In this document: positions 13,148 to 24,036 of the stretch, piece after piece
Layout: each line of letters begins with the position of its first letter
How positions within the stretch are numbered: the first letter of the stretch is position 1
NCBI RefSeq assembly: GCF_036365525.1
Contig: NC_090374.1
Location: 102,077,682-102,141,681 of the forward strand
Source: Heterodontus francisci
Taxonomy: Eukaryota
Reading direction: 5' to 3'
Length of the DNA: 64,000 nt
Program-made: the position numbers and the translations under genes
The notes under the pieces: model-generated
The model's input: the letters and a program-made list of their open reading frames with translations, nothing else
The model's database searches: none
Told to the model about the DNA's origin: nothing

Positions 13148-16039
13148 CTACACTATTCCATTTACATCCATATGTCTATCCAATGACCACTTAAATGCCC
13201 TTAAAGTTGGCGAGTCTACTACTGTTGCAGGCAGGGCGTTCCACGCCCCTACTACTCTCTGCGTAAAGAAACTACCTCTGACATCTGTCCTATATCTTTC
13301 ACCCCTCAACTTAAAGCTATGTCCCCTCGTGTTTGCCATCCTCATCCGAGGAAAAAGACTCTCACTATCCACCCTATCTAACCCTCTGATTATCTTGTAT
13401 GTCTCTATTAAGTCACCTCTCCTCCTCCTTCCCTCTAACGAAAACAACCCCAAGTCCCTCAGCCTTTCCTCGTAAGACCTTCCTTCCATACCAGGCAACA
13501 TCCTAGTAAATCTCCTCTGCACCCTTTCCAAAGCTTCGACATCCTTCCTATAATGCGGTGACCAGAACTGCACGCAATACTCCAGGTGCGGCCTCACCAG
13601 AGTTTTGTACAGCTGCATCATGACCTCGTGGCTCCGAAACTCGATCCCCCTACTAATAAAGGCTAACACACCATATGCCTTCTTAACAGCCCTATTAACC
13701 TGGGTAGCAACTTTCAGGGATTTATGTACCTGGATACCAAGATCTCTCTGCTCATCTACACTACCAAGAATCTTCCCATTAGCCCAGTACTCTGCATTGC
13801 TGTTACTCCTTCCAAAGTGAATCACCTCACACTTCTCCGCATTAAACTCCATTTGCCATCTCTCAGCCCAGCTCTGCAGCCTATCTATGTCCCTCTGTAC
13901 CCTACAACACCCTTCGACACTATCCACAACTCCACCGACCTTCGTGTCATCCGCAAATTTACTAACCCACCCTTCTACACCCTCATCCAGGTCATTTATA
14001 AAAATGACAAACAGCAGTGGCCCCAAAACAGAACCTTGCGGTACACCACTAGTAACTAAACTCCAGGATGAACATTTGCCATCAACCACCACCCTCTGTC
14101 TTCTTTCAGCTAGCCAATTTCTGATCCAAAGCTCTAAATCACCTTCAACCCCATACTTGCGTATTTTCTGCAATAGCCTACCGTGGGGAACCTTATCAAA
14201 CGCCTTACTGAAATCCATATACACCACATCCACGGCTTTACCCTCATCCACCTGTTTGGTCACCTTCTCGAAAAACTCAATAAGGTTTGTGAGGCACGAC
14301 CTACCTTTCACAAAACCGTGCTGACTATCGCAAATGAACTTATTCTTTTCAAGATGATTATAAATCCTGTCTCTTATAACCTTTTCCAACATTTTACCCA
14401 CAACCGAAGTAAGGCTCACAGGTCTATAATTACCAGGGCTGTCTCTACTCCCCTTCTTGAACAAGGGGACAACATTTGCTATCCTCCAGTCCTCCGGCAC
14501 TACTCCTGTCGACAATGACGACTTAAAGATCAACAACAACGGCTCTGCAATCTCCTCCCTGGCTTCCCAGAGAATCCTAGGATAAATCCCATCTGGCCCA
14601 GGGGACTTATCTATTTTCACTCTTTCCAAAATTGCTAACACCTCCTCCTTGTGAATCTCAATCCCATCTAGCCTAGTAGGCTGTATCTCAGTAATCCCCT
14701 CGGCAACATTTTCTTTTTCTACTGTAAATACTGACGAAAAATATTCATTTAATGCTTCCCCTATCTCCTCTGATTCCGCACACAACTTCCCACTACTATC
14801 CTTGATTGGCCCTGTTCTAACTCTTATCATTCGTTTATTCCTGATATACCTATAGAAAGCCTTAGGGTTTTCTTTGATCCTATCCGCCAATGACTTCTCG
14901 TGTCCTCTCCTTGCTCTTCTTAGCCCTCCCTTTAGATCCTTCCTGGCTAGCTTGTAACTCTCAAGCGCCCTAACTGAGCCTTCACGTCTCATCCTAACAT
15001 AAGCCGCCCTCTTCCTCTTGACAAGCGCTTCAACTTCTTGAGTAAACCACGGCTCCCTCGCTCGACAACTTCCTCCCTGCCTGACAGGTACATACTTATC
15101 AAGGACACGCATTAGCTGCTCCTTGAATAAGCTCCACATTTCGTTTGTGCCCATCCCCTGCAGTTTCCTTCCCCATCCTACACATCCTAAATCTTGCCTA
15201 ATTGCGTCATAATTTCCTTTCCCCCAGCTATAATTCTTGCCCTGCGGTATATACCTGTCCCTGCCCATCGCTAAGGTAAACCTAACCGAATTGTGATCAC
15301 TATCGCCAAAGTGCTCACCTACATCTAAATCGAACACCTGGCCGGGTTCATTACCCAGTACCAAATCCAATGTGGCATCGCCCCTGGTTGGCCTGTCCAC
15401 ATACTGTGTCAGAAAACCCTCCTGCACACACTGGACAAAAACAGACCCATCTAAAGTACTCGAACTATAGTATTTCCAGTCAATATTTGGAAAGTTAAAG
15501 TCCCCCATAACCACTACCCTGTTACTCTCGCTCCTGTCGAGAATCATCTTCGCTATCCTTTCCTCTACATCTCTGGAACTATTCGGAGGTCTATAGAAAA
15601 CTCCCAACAGGGTGACCTCTCCTCTCCTGTTTCTAACCTCGGCCCATACTACCTCAGTAGACGAGTCCTCAAACGTCCTTTCTGCCGCTGTAATACTTTC
15701 CTTGATTAACAATGCCACACCCCCCCCTCTTTTACCCTCTTCTCTGTTCTTACTGAAACATCTAAATCCCGGAACCTGCAACATCCATTCCTGCCCCTGC
15801 TCTACCCATGTCTCTGAAATGGCCACAACATCAGGATCCCAGGTACCAACCCATGCTGCAAGCTCACCCACCTTATTCCGGATGCTCCTGGCGTTGAAGT
15901 AGACACACTTTAAACCAAGTTCTTGCTTGCCAGTGCCCTCTTGCGTCCCTGTAACCTTATCCCCTACCTCACTACTCTCAACAGCCTGTACACTGGAACT
16001 ACAATTTAGGTTCCCATTCCCCTGCTGATTTAGTTTAAA
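13148..16039 (-). CDS. CR1 ORF2 (APE endonuclease + reverse transcriptase); frame is open back to the ORF1 overlap
   Basis: The 907-aa ORF 13148-15871 (GTG start) extends stop-free upstream to 16039 and includes LKCVYFNARSIRNK. Motifs [36 protein letters not shown]. Confidence 0.95.
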   Translation of the reverse strand, partial: FKLNQQGNGNLNCSSSVQAVESSEVGDKVTGTQEGTGKQELGLKCVYFNARSIRNKVGELAAWVGTWDPDVVAISETWVEQGQEWMLQVPGFRCFSKNREEGKRGGGVALLIKESITAAERTFEDSSTEVVWAEVRNRRGEVTLLGVFYRPPNSSRDVEERIAKMILDRSESNRVVVMGDFNFPNIDWKYYSSSTLDGSVFVQCVQEGFLTQYVDRPTRGDATLDLVLGNEPGQVFDLDVGEHFGDSDHNSVRFTLAMGRDRYIPQGKNYSWGKGNYDAIRQDLGCVGWGRKLQGMGTNEMWSLFKEQLMRVLDKYVPVRQGGSCRAREPWFTQEVEALVKRKRAAYVRMRREGSVRALESYKLARKDLKGGLRRARRGHEKSLADRIKENPKAFYRYIRNKRMIRVRTGPIKDSSGKLCAESEEIGEALNEYFSSVFTVEKENVAEGITEIQPTRLDGIEIHKEEVLAILERVKIDKSPGPDGIYPRILWEAREEIAEPLLLIFKSSLSTGVVPEDWRIANVVPLFKKGSRDSPGNYRPVSLTSVVGKMLEKVIRDRIYNHLEKNKFICDSQHGFVKGRSCLTNLIEFFEKVTKQVDEGKAVDVVYMDFSKAFDKVPHGRLLQKIRKYGVEGDLELWIRNWLAERRQRVVVDGKCSSWSLVTSGVPQGSVLGPLLFVIFINDLDEGVEGWVSKFADDTKVGGVVDSVEGCCRVQRDIDRLQSWAERWQMEFNAEKCEVIHFGRSNSNAEYWANGKILGSVDEQRDLGIQVHKSLKVATQVNRAVKKAYGVLAFISRGIEFRSHEVMMQLYKTLVRPHLEYCVQFWSPHYRKDVEALERVQRRFTRMLPGMEGRSYEERLRDLGLFSLEGRRRRGDLIETYKIIRGLDRVDSESLFPRMRMANTRGHSFKLRGERYRTDVRGSFFTQRVVGAWNALPATVVDSPTLRAFKWSLDRHMDVNGIV

Positions 16040-16965
16040 CCCCCCCGAAGAGCACTAACAAATCTCCCCCCCAGGATATTGGTACCCTTCTGGTTCAGGT
16101 GAAGACCATCCTGTTTGTAGAGGTCCCACCTACCCCAGAAAGAGCCCCAATTATCCAGGAAACCAAAACCCTCCCTCCTACACCATCCCTGCAGCCACGT
16201 GATCAACTCCTCTCTCTCCCTATTCCTCTCTTCGCTAGCACGTGGCACAGGCAACAACTCAGAGATAACAACTCTGGTTGTTCTCGCTCTAAGCTTCCAC
16301 CCTAGCTCCCTGAATTTCTGCCTTAAATCCCCATCTCTCTTCCTACCTATGTCGTTGGTGCCTATGTGGACCACGACTTGGGGGTGCTCCCCCTCCCCCT
16401 TAAGGATCCCAAAAACACGATCGGAGACATCACGTACCCTGGCACCTGGGAGGCAACACACCAACCGTGAGTCTCTCTCGTTCCCACAGAACCTCCTATC
16501 TGTTCCCCTAACTATGGAGTCCCCAATGACTAATGCTCTGCTCCTCTTCCCTTTTCCCTTCTGAGCAACAGGGACAGACTCTGTGCCAGAGACCTGCACC
16601 CCATTGCTTACCCCTGGTAAGTCGTCCCCCCCAACAGTATCCAAAACGGTATACCTGTTGTTGAGGGAAACGGCCACAGGGGATCCCTGCACTGCCTGCT
16701 GGTTCCCTTTCCTTCCCCTGACGGTAACCCATCTACCTACTTCTTTTACCTGAGGTGTGACTGCCTCCCTATAACTCCTGTCAATAATCCCCTCCGCCTC
16801 CCGAATGATCCGAAGTTCATCCAGCTCCAGCTCCAGTTCCCTAACGCGGTCTGCGAGGAGCTGGAGTTGGGTGCACTTCCCGCAGATGTAGTCAGCAGGG
16901 ACACTCTTGGCGACCCCTACCTCCCACATTCTGCAGGAGGAACATACAACTGCCTTTACCTCCAT
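16030..16965 (-). CDS. CR1 ORF1: zinc finger, coiled coil/leucine zipper and SGNH esterase
   Basis: ATG at 16965. CSSC...CGKC; LQLLADRVRELELELDEL; SGNH blocks GDSIVRG, LPGA, HIGTND, DGLHLN. Confidence 0.93.
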   Translation of the reverse strand: MEVKAVVCSSCRMWEVGVAKSVPADYICGKCTQLQLLADRVRELELELDELRIIREAEGIIDRSYREAVTPQVKEVGRWVTVRGRKGNQQAVQGSPVAVSLNNRYTVLDTVGGDDLPGVSNGVQVSGTESVPVAQKGKGKRSRALVIGDSIVRGTDRRFCGNERDSRLVCCLPGARVRDVSDRVFGILKGEGEHPQVVVHIGTNDIGRKRDGDLRQKFRELGWKLRARTTRVVISELLPVPRASEERNREREELITWLQGWCRREGFGFLDNWGSFWGRWDLYKQDGLHLNQKGTNILGGRFVSALRGGLN

Positions 16966-17168
16966 TCCCACTATTCTAGATTCCCAATAAATCTACTGAA
17001 AAACCAAACGAAAAAAAAAAAATTCAAAACTTGTTCGCTTAGCAATCCGACGGACTGAACTTTTTAAATAAAAAGCTTACCTTATCAACACACTAGAGTC
17101 CTTTTTTTTTTGGTTCGAGGAGGAGGGTGGGTGGGAGACACTACACGTGTAGTGTCTCGGGTACTGCC

Positions 17169-17423
17169 ACTGCCCAAATAAATAGTTTTCCCCTACCCAG
17201 CAGTCCCCGGTCCTCCGAAACAAAAAAGGGATTAACTTGTAACTTACTGAAATTGACCGCTCAGCTGAAAGTCCGCTCCGCACCTCGTTCTGTCAAGGCT
17301 GCTCCTCGCAAAAGACAAAGATTTTAAAACTGCCCAAATAAATAGTTTTCCCCTACCCAGCAGTCCCCGGTCCTCCGAAACAAAAAAGGGATTAACTTGT
17401 AACTTAAAAAAGGGATTAACTTG
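17169..17423. repeat. 78-bp direct repeat (17169-17246 and 17329-17406) plus a partial copy in the CR1 5' UTR
   Basis: ACTGCCCAAATAAATAG...GATTAACTTGTAACTTA occurs twice at a 160-bp period; AAAAAGGGATTAACTTG occurs again at the 5' junction. Confidence 0.9.
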
Positions 17424-18192
17424 TAAACTCTAGACAATAAAGGCCTAAACTGCTTAATCTCTCTTCATAAGACAAACCACTCATCTCTGGAATCAATCTC
17501 GTGAATCTCCTGTGAACTGCCTTCAATGCAGCTACATCCCTCCTCAAGTAAGGGGACCAAAACTGTACGCAATACTCCAGATGCGGTCTCACTAATACTT
17601 GTACAGTTGCAGCAACACTTCCATATTCTATTCCTTTAGCAATAAGTGCCAAAATTCCATTTGTCTTCCTTATTACCTACTGCACCTGCATGCTAATTTT
17701 CTGCGATTCATGCACAAAGACGCCCAGGTCCCTCTGCACCGAAGCACTCTGAAGTTTCTCCCCATTTAGATAATATTTTGCCTTTCTATTCTTCCGACCA
17801 AAATGGATAACCTCACACATAACCATGTTAAACTCCATCTGCCAAATTTTGGCCCATTCTCCTAACCTATCCATATCCATTTGTAAATTTCTTATTTCTT
17901 TATTGCAACTTACTGTCCCACCTATTTTAGTGTCATCTTCAAATTTGGCTATAGTACCTTCTATCCCTGCATCCAAGTCATTTATATAGATTGTAAATAG
18001 TTGGGGCCCGAAGACCAAACCCTGTGGCACCCCACTAGTTACATCTTGCCAACCAGAAAAGGACCCATTTATCCCGACTCTCTGTTTTCTGTTGGTTAGC
18101 CAATCCTCTATCCAAGCTAATAAATTGCCCCGAACCCCATGTGATCTTACCTTGTGTATTAACCTTTAGTGCGGCACCTTATCAAATGCCTT
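17424..18192 (-). mobile_element. Old CR1 (host), segment 2 of 3
   Basis: PQGLVFGPQLFTIYINDL, KFEDDTK, VRPHLEYCVQFWSP. Confidence 0.85.
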
Positions 18193-19767
18193 AGAACATA
18201 GAACATAGAACAGTACAGCACAGTACAGGCCCTTCGGCCCACGATGTTGTGCCGAACATTTAACCTACTCTAAGATCAAACTAACTACCTACCCTTCATT
18301 CTACTATCATCCATGTACCTATCCAAGAGTCGCTTAAATGCCCCTAATGTATCTGCTTCTACTACCACCGCTGGCAGCGCATTCCACGCATCCACCACTC
18401 TCTGTGTAAAGAACCTACCTCTGACATCTCCCCGAAACCTTCCTCCAATCACCTTAAAATTATGCCCCCTGGTGATAGCCCTTTCCACCCTGGGAAATAG
18501 TCTCTGACTATCCACTCTATCTATGCCTCTCATCATCTTGTACCCCTCTATCAAGTCACCTCTCATCCTTCTTCGCTCCAATGAGAAAAGCCCTAGCTCC
18601 CTCAATCTTTCTTCGTAGGAAATGCCCTCCAGTCCAGGCAGCATCCTGGTAAATCTCCTCTGCACCCTCTCTAAAGCTTCCACATCCTTCCTATAATGAG
18701 GCGACCAGAACTGAACACAATATTCCAAGTGTGGTCGAACCAGGGCCTTATCGAGCTGCAGCATAACCTCGCGGCTCTTAAACTCAATCCCCCTGTTAAT
18801 GAAAGCCAAGACACCATACGCCTTCTTAACAACCCTATCAACTTGGGTGGCAACTTTGAGCGATGTATGGACATGGACCCCAAGATCCCTCTGTTCCTCC
18901 ACACTACCAAGAATCCTGTCGTTAAGCCTGTATTCCGCATTCAAATTCGACCTTCCAAAATGAATCAATTCACACTTTTCCAGGTTGAACTCCATCTGTC
19001 ACTTCTCAGCCCAGCTCTGCATCCTGTCCATATTCCGTTGCAACCTACAACAGCCTTCCACACTATCCACAACTCCAGCAACCGTTGTGTCATCGGCAAA
19101 CTTGCTAACCCAGCCTTCCACTTCCTCATCCAAGTCATTTATAAAAATCACAAAGAGCAGAGGTCCCAGAACAGATCCTTGTGGAACACCACTGGTCACC
19201 GAGCTCCATGCTGAATACTTTCCATCTACTGCCACCCTCTGACTTCTATGGGCCAGCCAATTTTGTATCCAGACAGCCAACTTTCCCTGTATCCCATGCC
19301 TCCTTACATTCTGAATGAGCCTACCATGGGGAACCTTATCAAACGCCTTGCTAAAATCCATATACACCACATCCACTGCTCTGCCTTCATCAATGTGTTT
19401 TGTCACATCTTCAAAGAATTCAATAAGGCTTGTGAGGCATGACCTGCCCCTCACAAAGCCATGCTGACTGTCTCTAATCAAACCATGCTTTTCCAAATAA
19501 TCATAAATCCTGTCTCTCAGAATCCTCTCCAATAATTTGCCCACTACCGACGCAAGACTGACTAGTCTATAATTCCCAGGGTTGTCCCTATTCCCTTTCT
19601 TGAACAAGGGAACAACATTTGCCACCCTCCAATCATCCGGTACTACTCCAGTGGACAGTGAAGACGCAAAGATCATCGCCAAAGGCGCAGCAATCTCTTC
19701 CCTCGCTTCCCGTAATATCCTTGGGTATATCCCATCTGGCCCTGGGGACTTATCTGTCCTCATATCA
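18193..19767 (-). mobile_element. 5'-truncated CR1 inserted into the older CR1
   Basis: (TTCTATG)n tail at 18193. RT from KSPGPDG to the C-terminus with one TGG>TGA stop near 18999. The host reading AAATGCCTT|CTGGAAGTCC rejoins across it. Confidence 0.9.
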
Positions 19768-21100
19768 TTCTGGAAGTCCAGATATACTACATCTATAGGA
19801 TCCCCATTATCCACTTTACTTGTTACATCTTCGAAGAACTCTAGCAAATTAGTCAAACATGATTTACCCTTCATAAAACCATGCTGACTCTGATGGATTG
19901 CATTTTGACTTTCTAAATGTCCTGTTGTTACTTCCTTAATAATGGATTCTAAAAATTTCCCAACGACAGATGTTGAACTAACTGGTCTATAGTTTCCTAC
20001 TTTCTGCCTCCCTCACTTTTTGAATAACGGTGTTATATTAGCATTTTTCCAATCCACTAGAATCTTTCCCATATCCAGGGAATTTTGGAGTATTATAACC
20101 AATGGATCCACTATCTCCGCTGCCACTTCCTTTAAGACCCTAGGATGTAGGCCATCAGGCCCTGAGGACTTGTCTCCCTTCAATCCCAATAGTTTGCTCA
20201 GTACTTTTTCCCTAGTGATGATGATTGTTCTGCATTACCTCTGCATTACCCATTACTATTGGGATGGTACTAGTATCCTCTACCGTGAAAACTGAGGCAA
20301 AATACTGATTTAATGTCTGCCATTTCTGTGTTCCTCACTATTAACTCTCCAGTCTCATCCTCCAATGGACCAACATTCACTTTAGCTACTCACTTCCCTT
20401 TTATATACTTATAGAAGCTTTTGCTATCCATTTTTATATTTTGCGCTAGTTTTCTTTCATAATTTACCTTTGCTCTTTTGATTACATTTTTAGTAACCCT
20501 TCATTGATCTTTAAAAGTTTCCCAATCTTCCAGCCTGCCACTGACCTTTGCAATATGGTATGCCTTAGTTTTTGTCTTTATGTTATCGTTAACTTCCTTG
20601 CTTAGCCATGGATGTTTTTTTCTCCCTCTTACAATCTTTCTTCCTCTCTGGAATATATTTTAGTTGGGAGGAATTGAATATCTCCTTAAACATCTGCCAC
20701 TGCTCATAAACTGTCCTACCTTTTAGTCTTCCAGCCCAGTCCACTAGGGCCAAATCCATCCTCATGCCTATGTAATTACCTCTGTTTAACTCTAGAACGC
20801 TAGTGTGGGACTCAAGTTTATTGCCCTCAAACTGAATTTGAAATACTATCATGCTATGATCACTCTTCCCTAGAGGATCCTTAACTATGAGATCATTAAT
20901 TAATCCCACCGCATTACACTATACCAAATCTAGAATATCCTGCTCCCTGGTTGGTTCCACAACATATTGCTCCAAAAAACAATCTCTAATACATCCAATG
21001 AACTCTCCCTCGAGGCTACCCTTGCCAATATGATTAATCCAGTCTATATGCATATTAAAATCACCCATGATTATTGCCGTACCTTTTTTACAAGACCCTA
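19768..21100 (-). mobile_element. Old CR1 (host), segment 3 of 3
   Basis: [29 protein letters not shown]. Confidence 0.85.
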
Positions 21101-23042
21101 GGATGAAGCCCGTCTGGACCCGGGGACATGTCAGCCCGCAGCTCCATCAGTTTGCTCAGTACCGCTTCCCTGGTGATTGTAATTTCCCCAAGTTCCTCTC
21201 TTCCTTCCACCTCCTGACTTATAGCTATTGCCAGAATGTTTTTTGTACCCTCAATAGTGAAGACAGAAGCAAAATATTTGTTAATTTCATCTGCCATTTC
21301 CTTATTATCTACTATTTTCTCCCCAACCTCACTCTCTAGAGGACCAGCACTCACTTTACTTCCTCTTTTCTTTTTTAAATACCTGTAGAAACTTTTGCTA
21401 TCCGCTTTTACATTTCTAGCTAGCTTCCTCTCATACTCTAATTTATTTCTCCTGGTTAACCTTTTAGTCATTCTCTGCTGTTCTTTATATTCTGACCAAT
21501 TATTTGAACTACGACTCATCTTTGCGCAATTATATGCCTTATCCTTAAGTTTTATGCTTTCCTTAACTTTTTTAGTTTACCACATATGGTGGGTCCTTCC
21601 CTTAGAATTTTCCTTTGTAGTAGAAATATACTTATTCTGAGTATTTTGAAATCTCCCCTTAAATGTCTGCCACTGCTTCTCTATTGATCTATCTCCGATC
21701 CTAGTAACCCAGTTCACATCAGCTAGCTCAGCTTTCATGCCCACATAGTTGCCCCTATTCAAGTTTAAAATACTAGTCTGAGACCCACTCTTTTCTTTCA
21801 AACTGGATGTAAAATTCAATCATTTTGTTGTCGCTGCTACCTAGAGGTGCCTTTACTCTGAGGTCATTAATTAATCCTGTCACATTACACAATACCAAGT
21901 CTAATACAACCTACTCTCTGGTTGGTTCCAGAATGTGCTGCTCTAAGAAACTATCTCAAAAGCATTCTATGAACTCCTCTTCCAGGCTACTATTGCCAAT
22001 CTGATTTTTCCAGTTTATATGTCGATTAAAATCACCCATGATTATTGCCATCCCTTTATCACAAACACCTAATATTTCTTCTTGTATACTTCGTCCTACA
22101 TTGTGATTACTGTTCAGGGGCCTGTAGACCACTCCCACTAGTGACATCTTTCTCCTACTATTCTTCATCTCCACCCAAACCGTTTCTACATCCTGATGGC
22201 CTGAACCAGGATCATCTCTAACTATTGCACCAAGCCATTCTTGATTAACAGTGCTACCCCTCCACCTTTACCTAGCTTCCTATTCTTCTTGAACCTCACA
22301 TGCCCCTCAGTATTCAGGACCCAATCTTTGTCATCCTGCAGCTTCTGTAATGGCGAGCAGATCATATTTATTTACTTCAATGTGTGTCCTCAATTCATCT
22401 ACTTTTTTATGAATGCTTTGTGCATTCAAATACAGAGCCTTTAGTTTTGTCTTTTTGTTATCTTTGTAACATCTAGTCTTGACTGTTGGTGTGTATTAGG
22501 TTTTTTCTCTCTGACCCTTCCTGCCATTCTCTGACCTTCATTTCCCATATTACTATTCTGCTCTCCTGCCTTGACTCGACTCCTTAATTTGCTACATCTA
22601 ACCAAGCTTAATCCCTCTCCCCTCTTGTTTAGTTTAAAGCCCTCTCTACTTCCCTAGTTATACGGTTTGCTAGAACACTGGTACCAGTTCATATGCAGAG
22701 CGCCCCAACGGTACAGCCCCCACTTTCCCCAGTACTGGTGCCAGTGCCTGACAAACCGAAAGCCACTTCTCCCACACCAGTGTTTTGAGCCACGTATTCA
22801 TTTCACTAATCTTATATGCCTTCTGTCAATTGGCATGTGGCTCAGGTAATAATCCAGAGATTATTACCCTTGAGGTTCTGCTCTTCAATTTGGTGCCTAG
22901 TTCCTCATACTGTCTAAGTAGAACCTCTTTCCTAGTCCTACCTATGTCATTGGTACCTACGTGGACCACGACAACTGTATCTTCCCCCTCCCACTCCAAA
23001 TTCATGTCCAGCCCTGAGCAGATGTCCCAGACCCTGGCACCG
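21092..23042 (-). mobile_element. Decayed CR1 fragment spanning the ORF1 esterase C-terminus, the ORF1/ORF2 junction and the endonuclease
   Basis: VVVHVGTNDIG at about 22940-22970; ERALN* at 22629-22646; VYRPLNS, IMGDFN, SPGPDGLHPRVL. Confidence 0.85.
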
Positions 23043-23489
23043 GAGATTTATCACTTACCTTCACTTTGCATATAGCAAACACAATATTTAAAACAGCTCT
23101 TTAAAAAAAATGAAGTAAAAGCAAATTGCGTTTCAGTTGGAGTAGATTTATCCTTTTAACCAGATACTTTGAATTTCCAAATTTTGCATGGGCAGCTGAC
23201 CTGTGATTTTTTGGGGAAGCTTTTTGGTATGAATTAGTTGCCACATGCGTGATACAACTTGCCCACCTGATCATCTCCCTTGTAATAAAGACCCCTGCCC
23301 CACTTCATGAACTTCAGATCAGGAAGGGACCTTAATAGGGATCAAACCTATACCAACTCTGAGCGCTGTAGTGCTCACCTCATCACATTGCAGCTGTTAT
23401 GATGGATTGTTCTATCACATAGTATCTCCCTGAGGAATGCATACTGGACAAAACAGCATTTAACCCATTTATTTTTCAGTGGATAAAGA

Positions 23490-23830
23490 AAGAGCTTACA
23501 TTTTAATAGTGCCTATCATGACCTCTGAACCTCCCAAAGCACTTCACTGCCAAAGAAACACTTTTAAAATTGCGTCACTATTCTCATGTAAGAAACACAG
23601 CAGCTAACTATGCACAGAGTAAGGTCCCATAAACAGCATTGAGATAAATCGTTAGATAATCTGTTCTAGTGATAATGGATGAGGGATAAATGTGAATTCC
23701 CCTCAAAATAGCCCCATGGAATCTTTTTGTCCATCTGAAAGGGCAAATTGGTCTAATGTCTAATCCAAAAGATGGCACCTCCAACAGTGCCGCACTCTTT
23801 CAGTACAGTATAGAAGTGTTATCCTACAAC
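23490..23830 (-). mobile_element. DeuSINE (SacSINE1-like) with L2-type tail
   Basis: Minus strand GCACTGTTGGAGGTGCCATCTTTTGGAT...GTGAAGTGCTTTGGGAGG...GCACTAT; homologous to 32365-32775 and 35680-36030. Confidence 0.75.
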
Positions 23831-23967
23831 AGGTCATATTACCATTAGCAGCTGTTACAGTAACACACTATCTCACATTTTAAAGCATTTTTTTAGTAAT
23901 TGATCCCCAAGCCTGTATTGCACTCTTGCTGACATTATTTAACCTGCCTGCATTTCCAGCTTTAATT

Positions 23968-24036
23968 ATAGAATAGAATCATAGAATGGTTACAACACAG
24001 AAGGAAGCCATTTGGCCCATTGTGTTAGTATTAGCC
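23968..24036 (-). mobile_element. Very short CR1 3' tail fragment
   Basis: ATAGAATCATAGAATGGTTACAACACAGAAGGAAGCCATTTGGCCC. Confidence 0.65.

Larger units (their letters stand above)
13076..17423 (-). mobile_element. Full-length, apparently intact young CR1 (HER1-like) LINE
   Basis: Uninterrupted ORF1 and ORF2, (TTCTAA)n tail at 13076, 5' UTR with repeats, TSD TAAACT at 13070-13075 and 17424-17429. Confidence 0.95.

Noticed and set aside
13605-14518. Several antisense ORFs over CR1 ORF2
   Set aside because: Short shadows of the coding strand that recur opposite most CR1 copies, with no recognisable domains.
18999-19874. 291-aa RT ORF with duplicated motifs
   Set aside because: Chance in-frame fusion across the junction of a nested CR1 and its CR1 host at about 19767.
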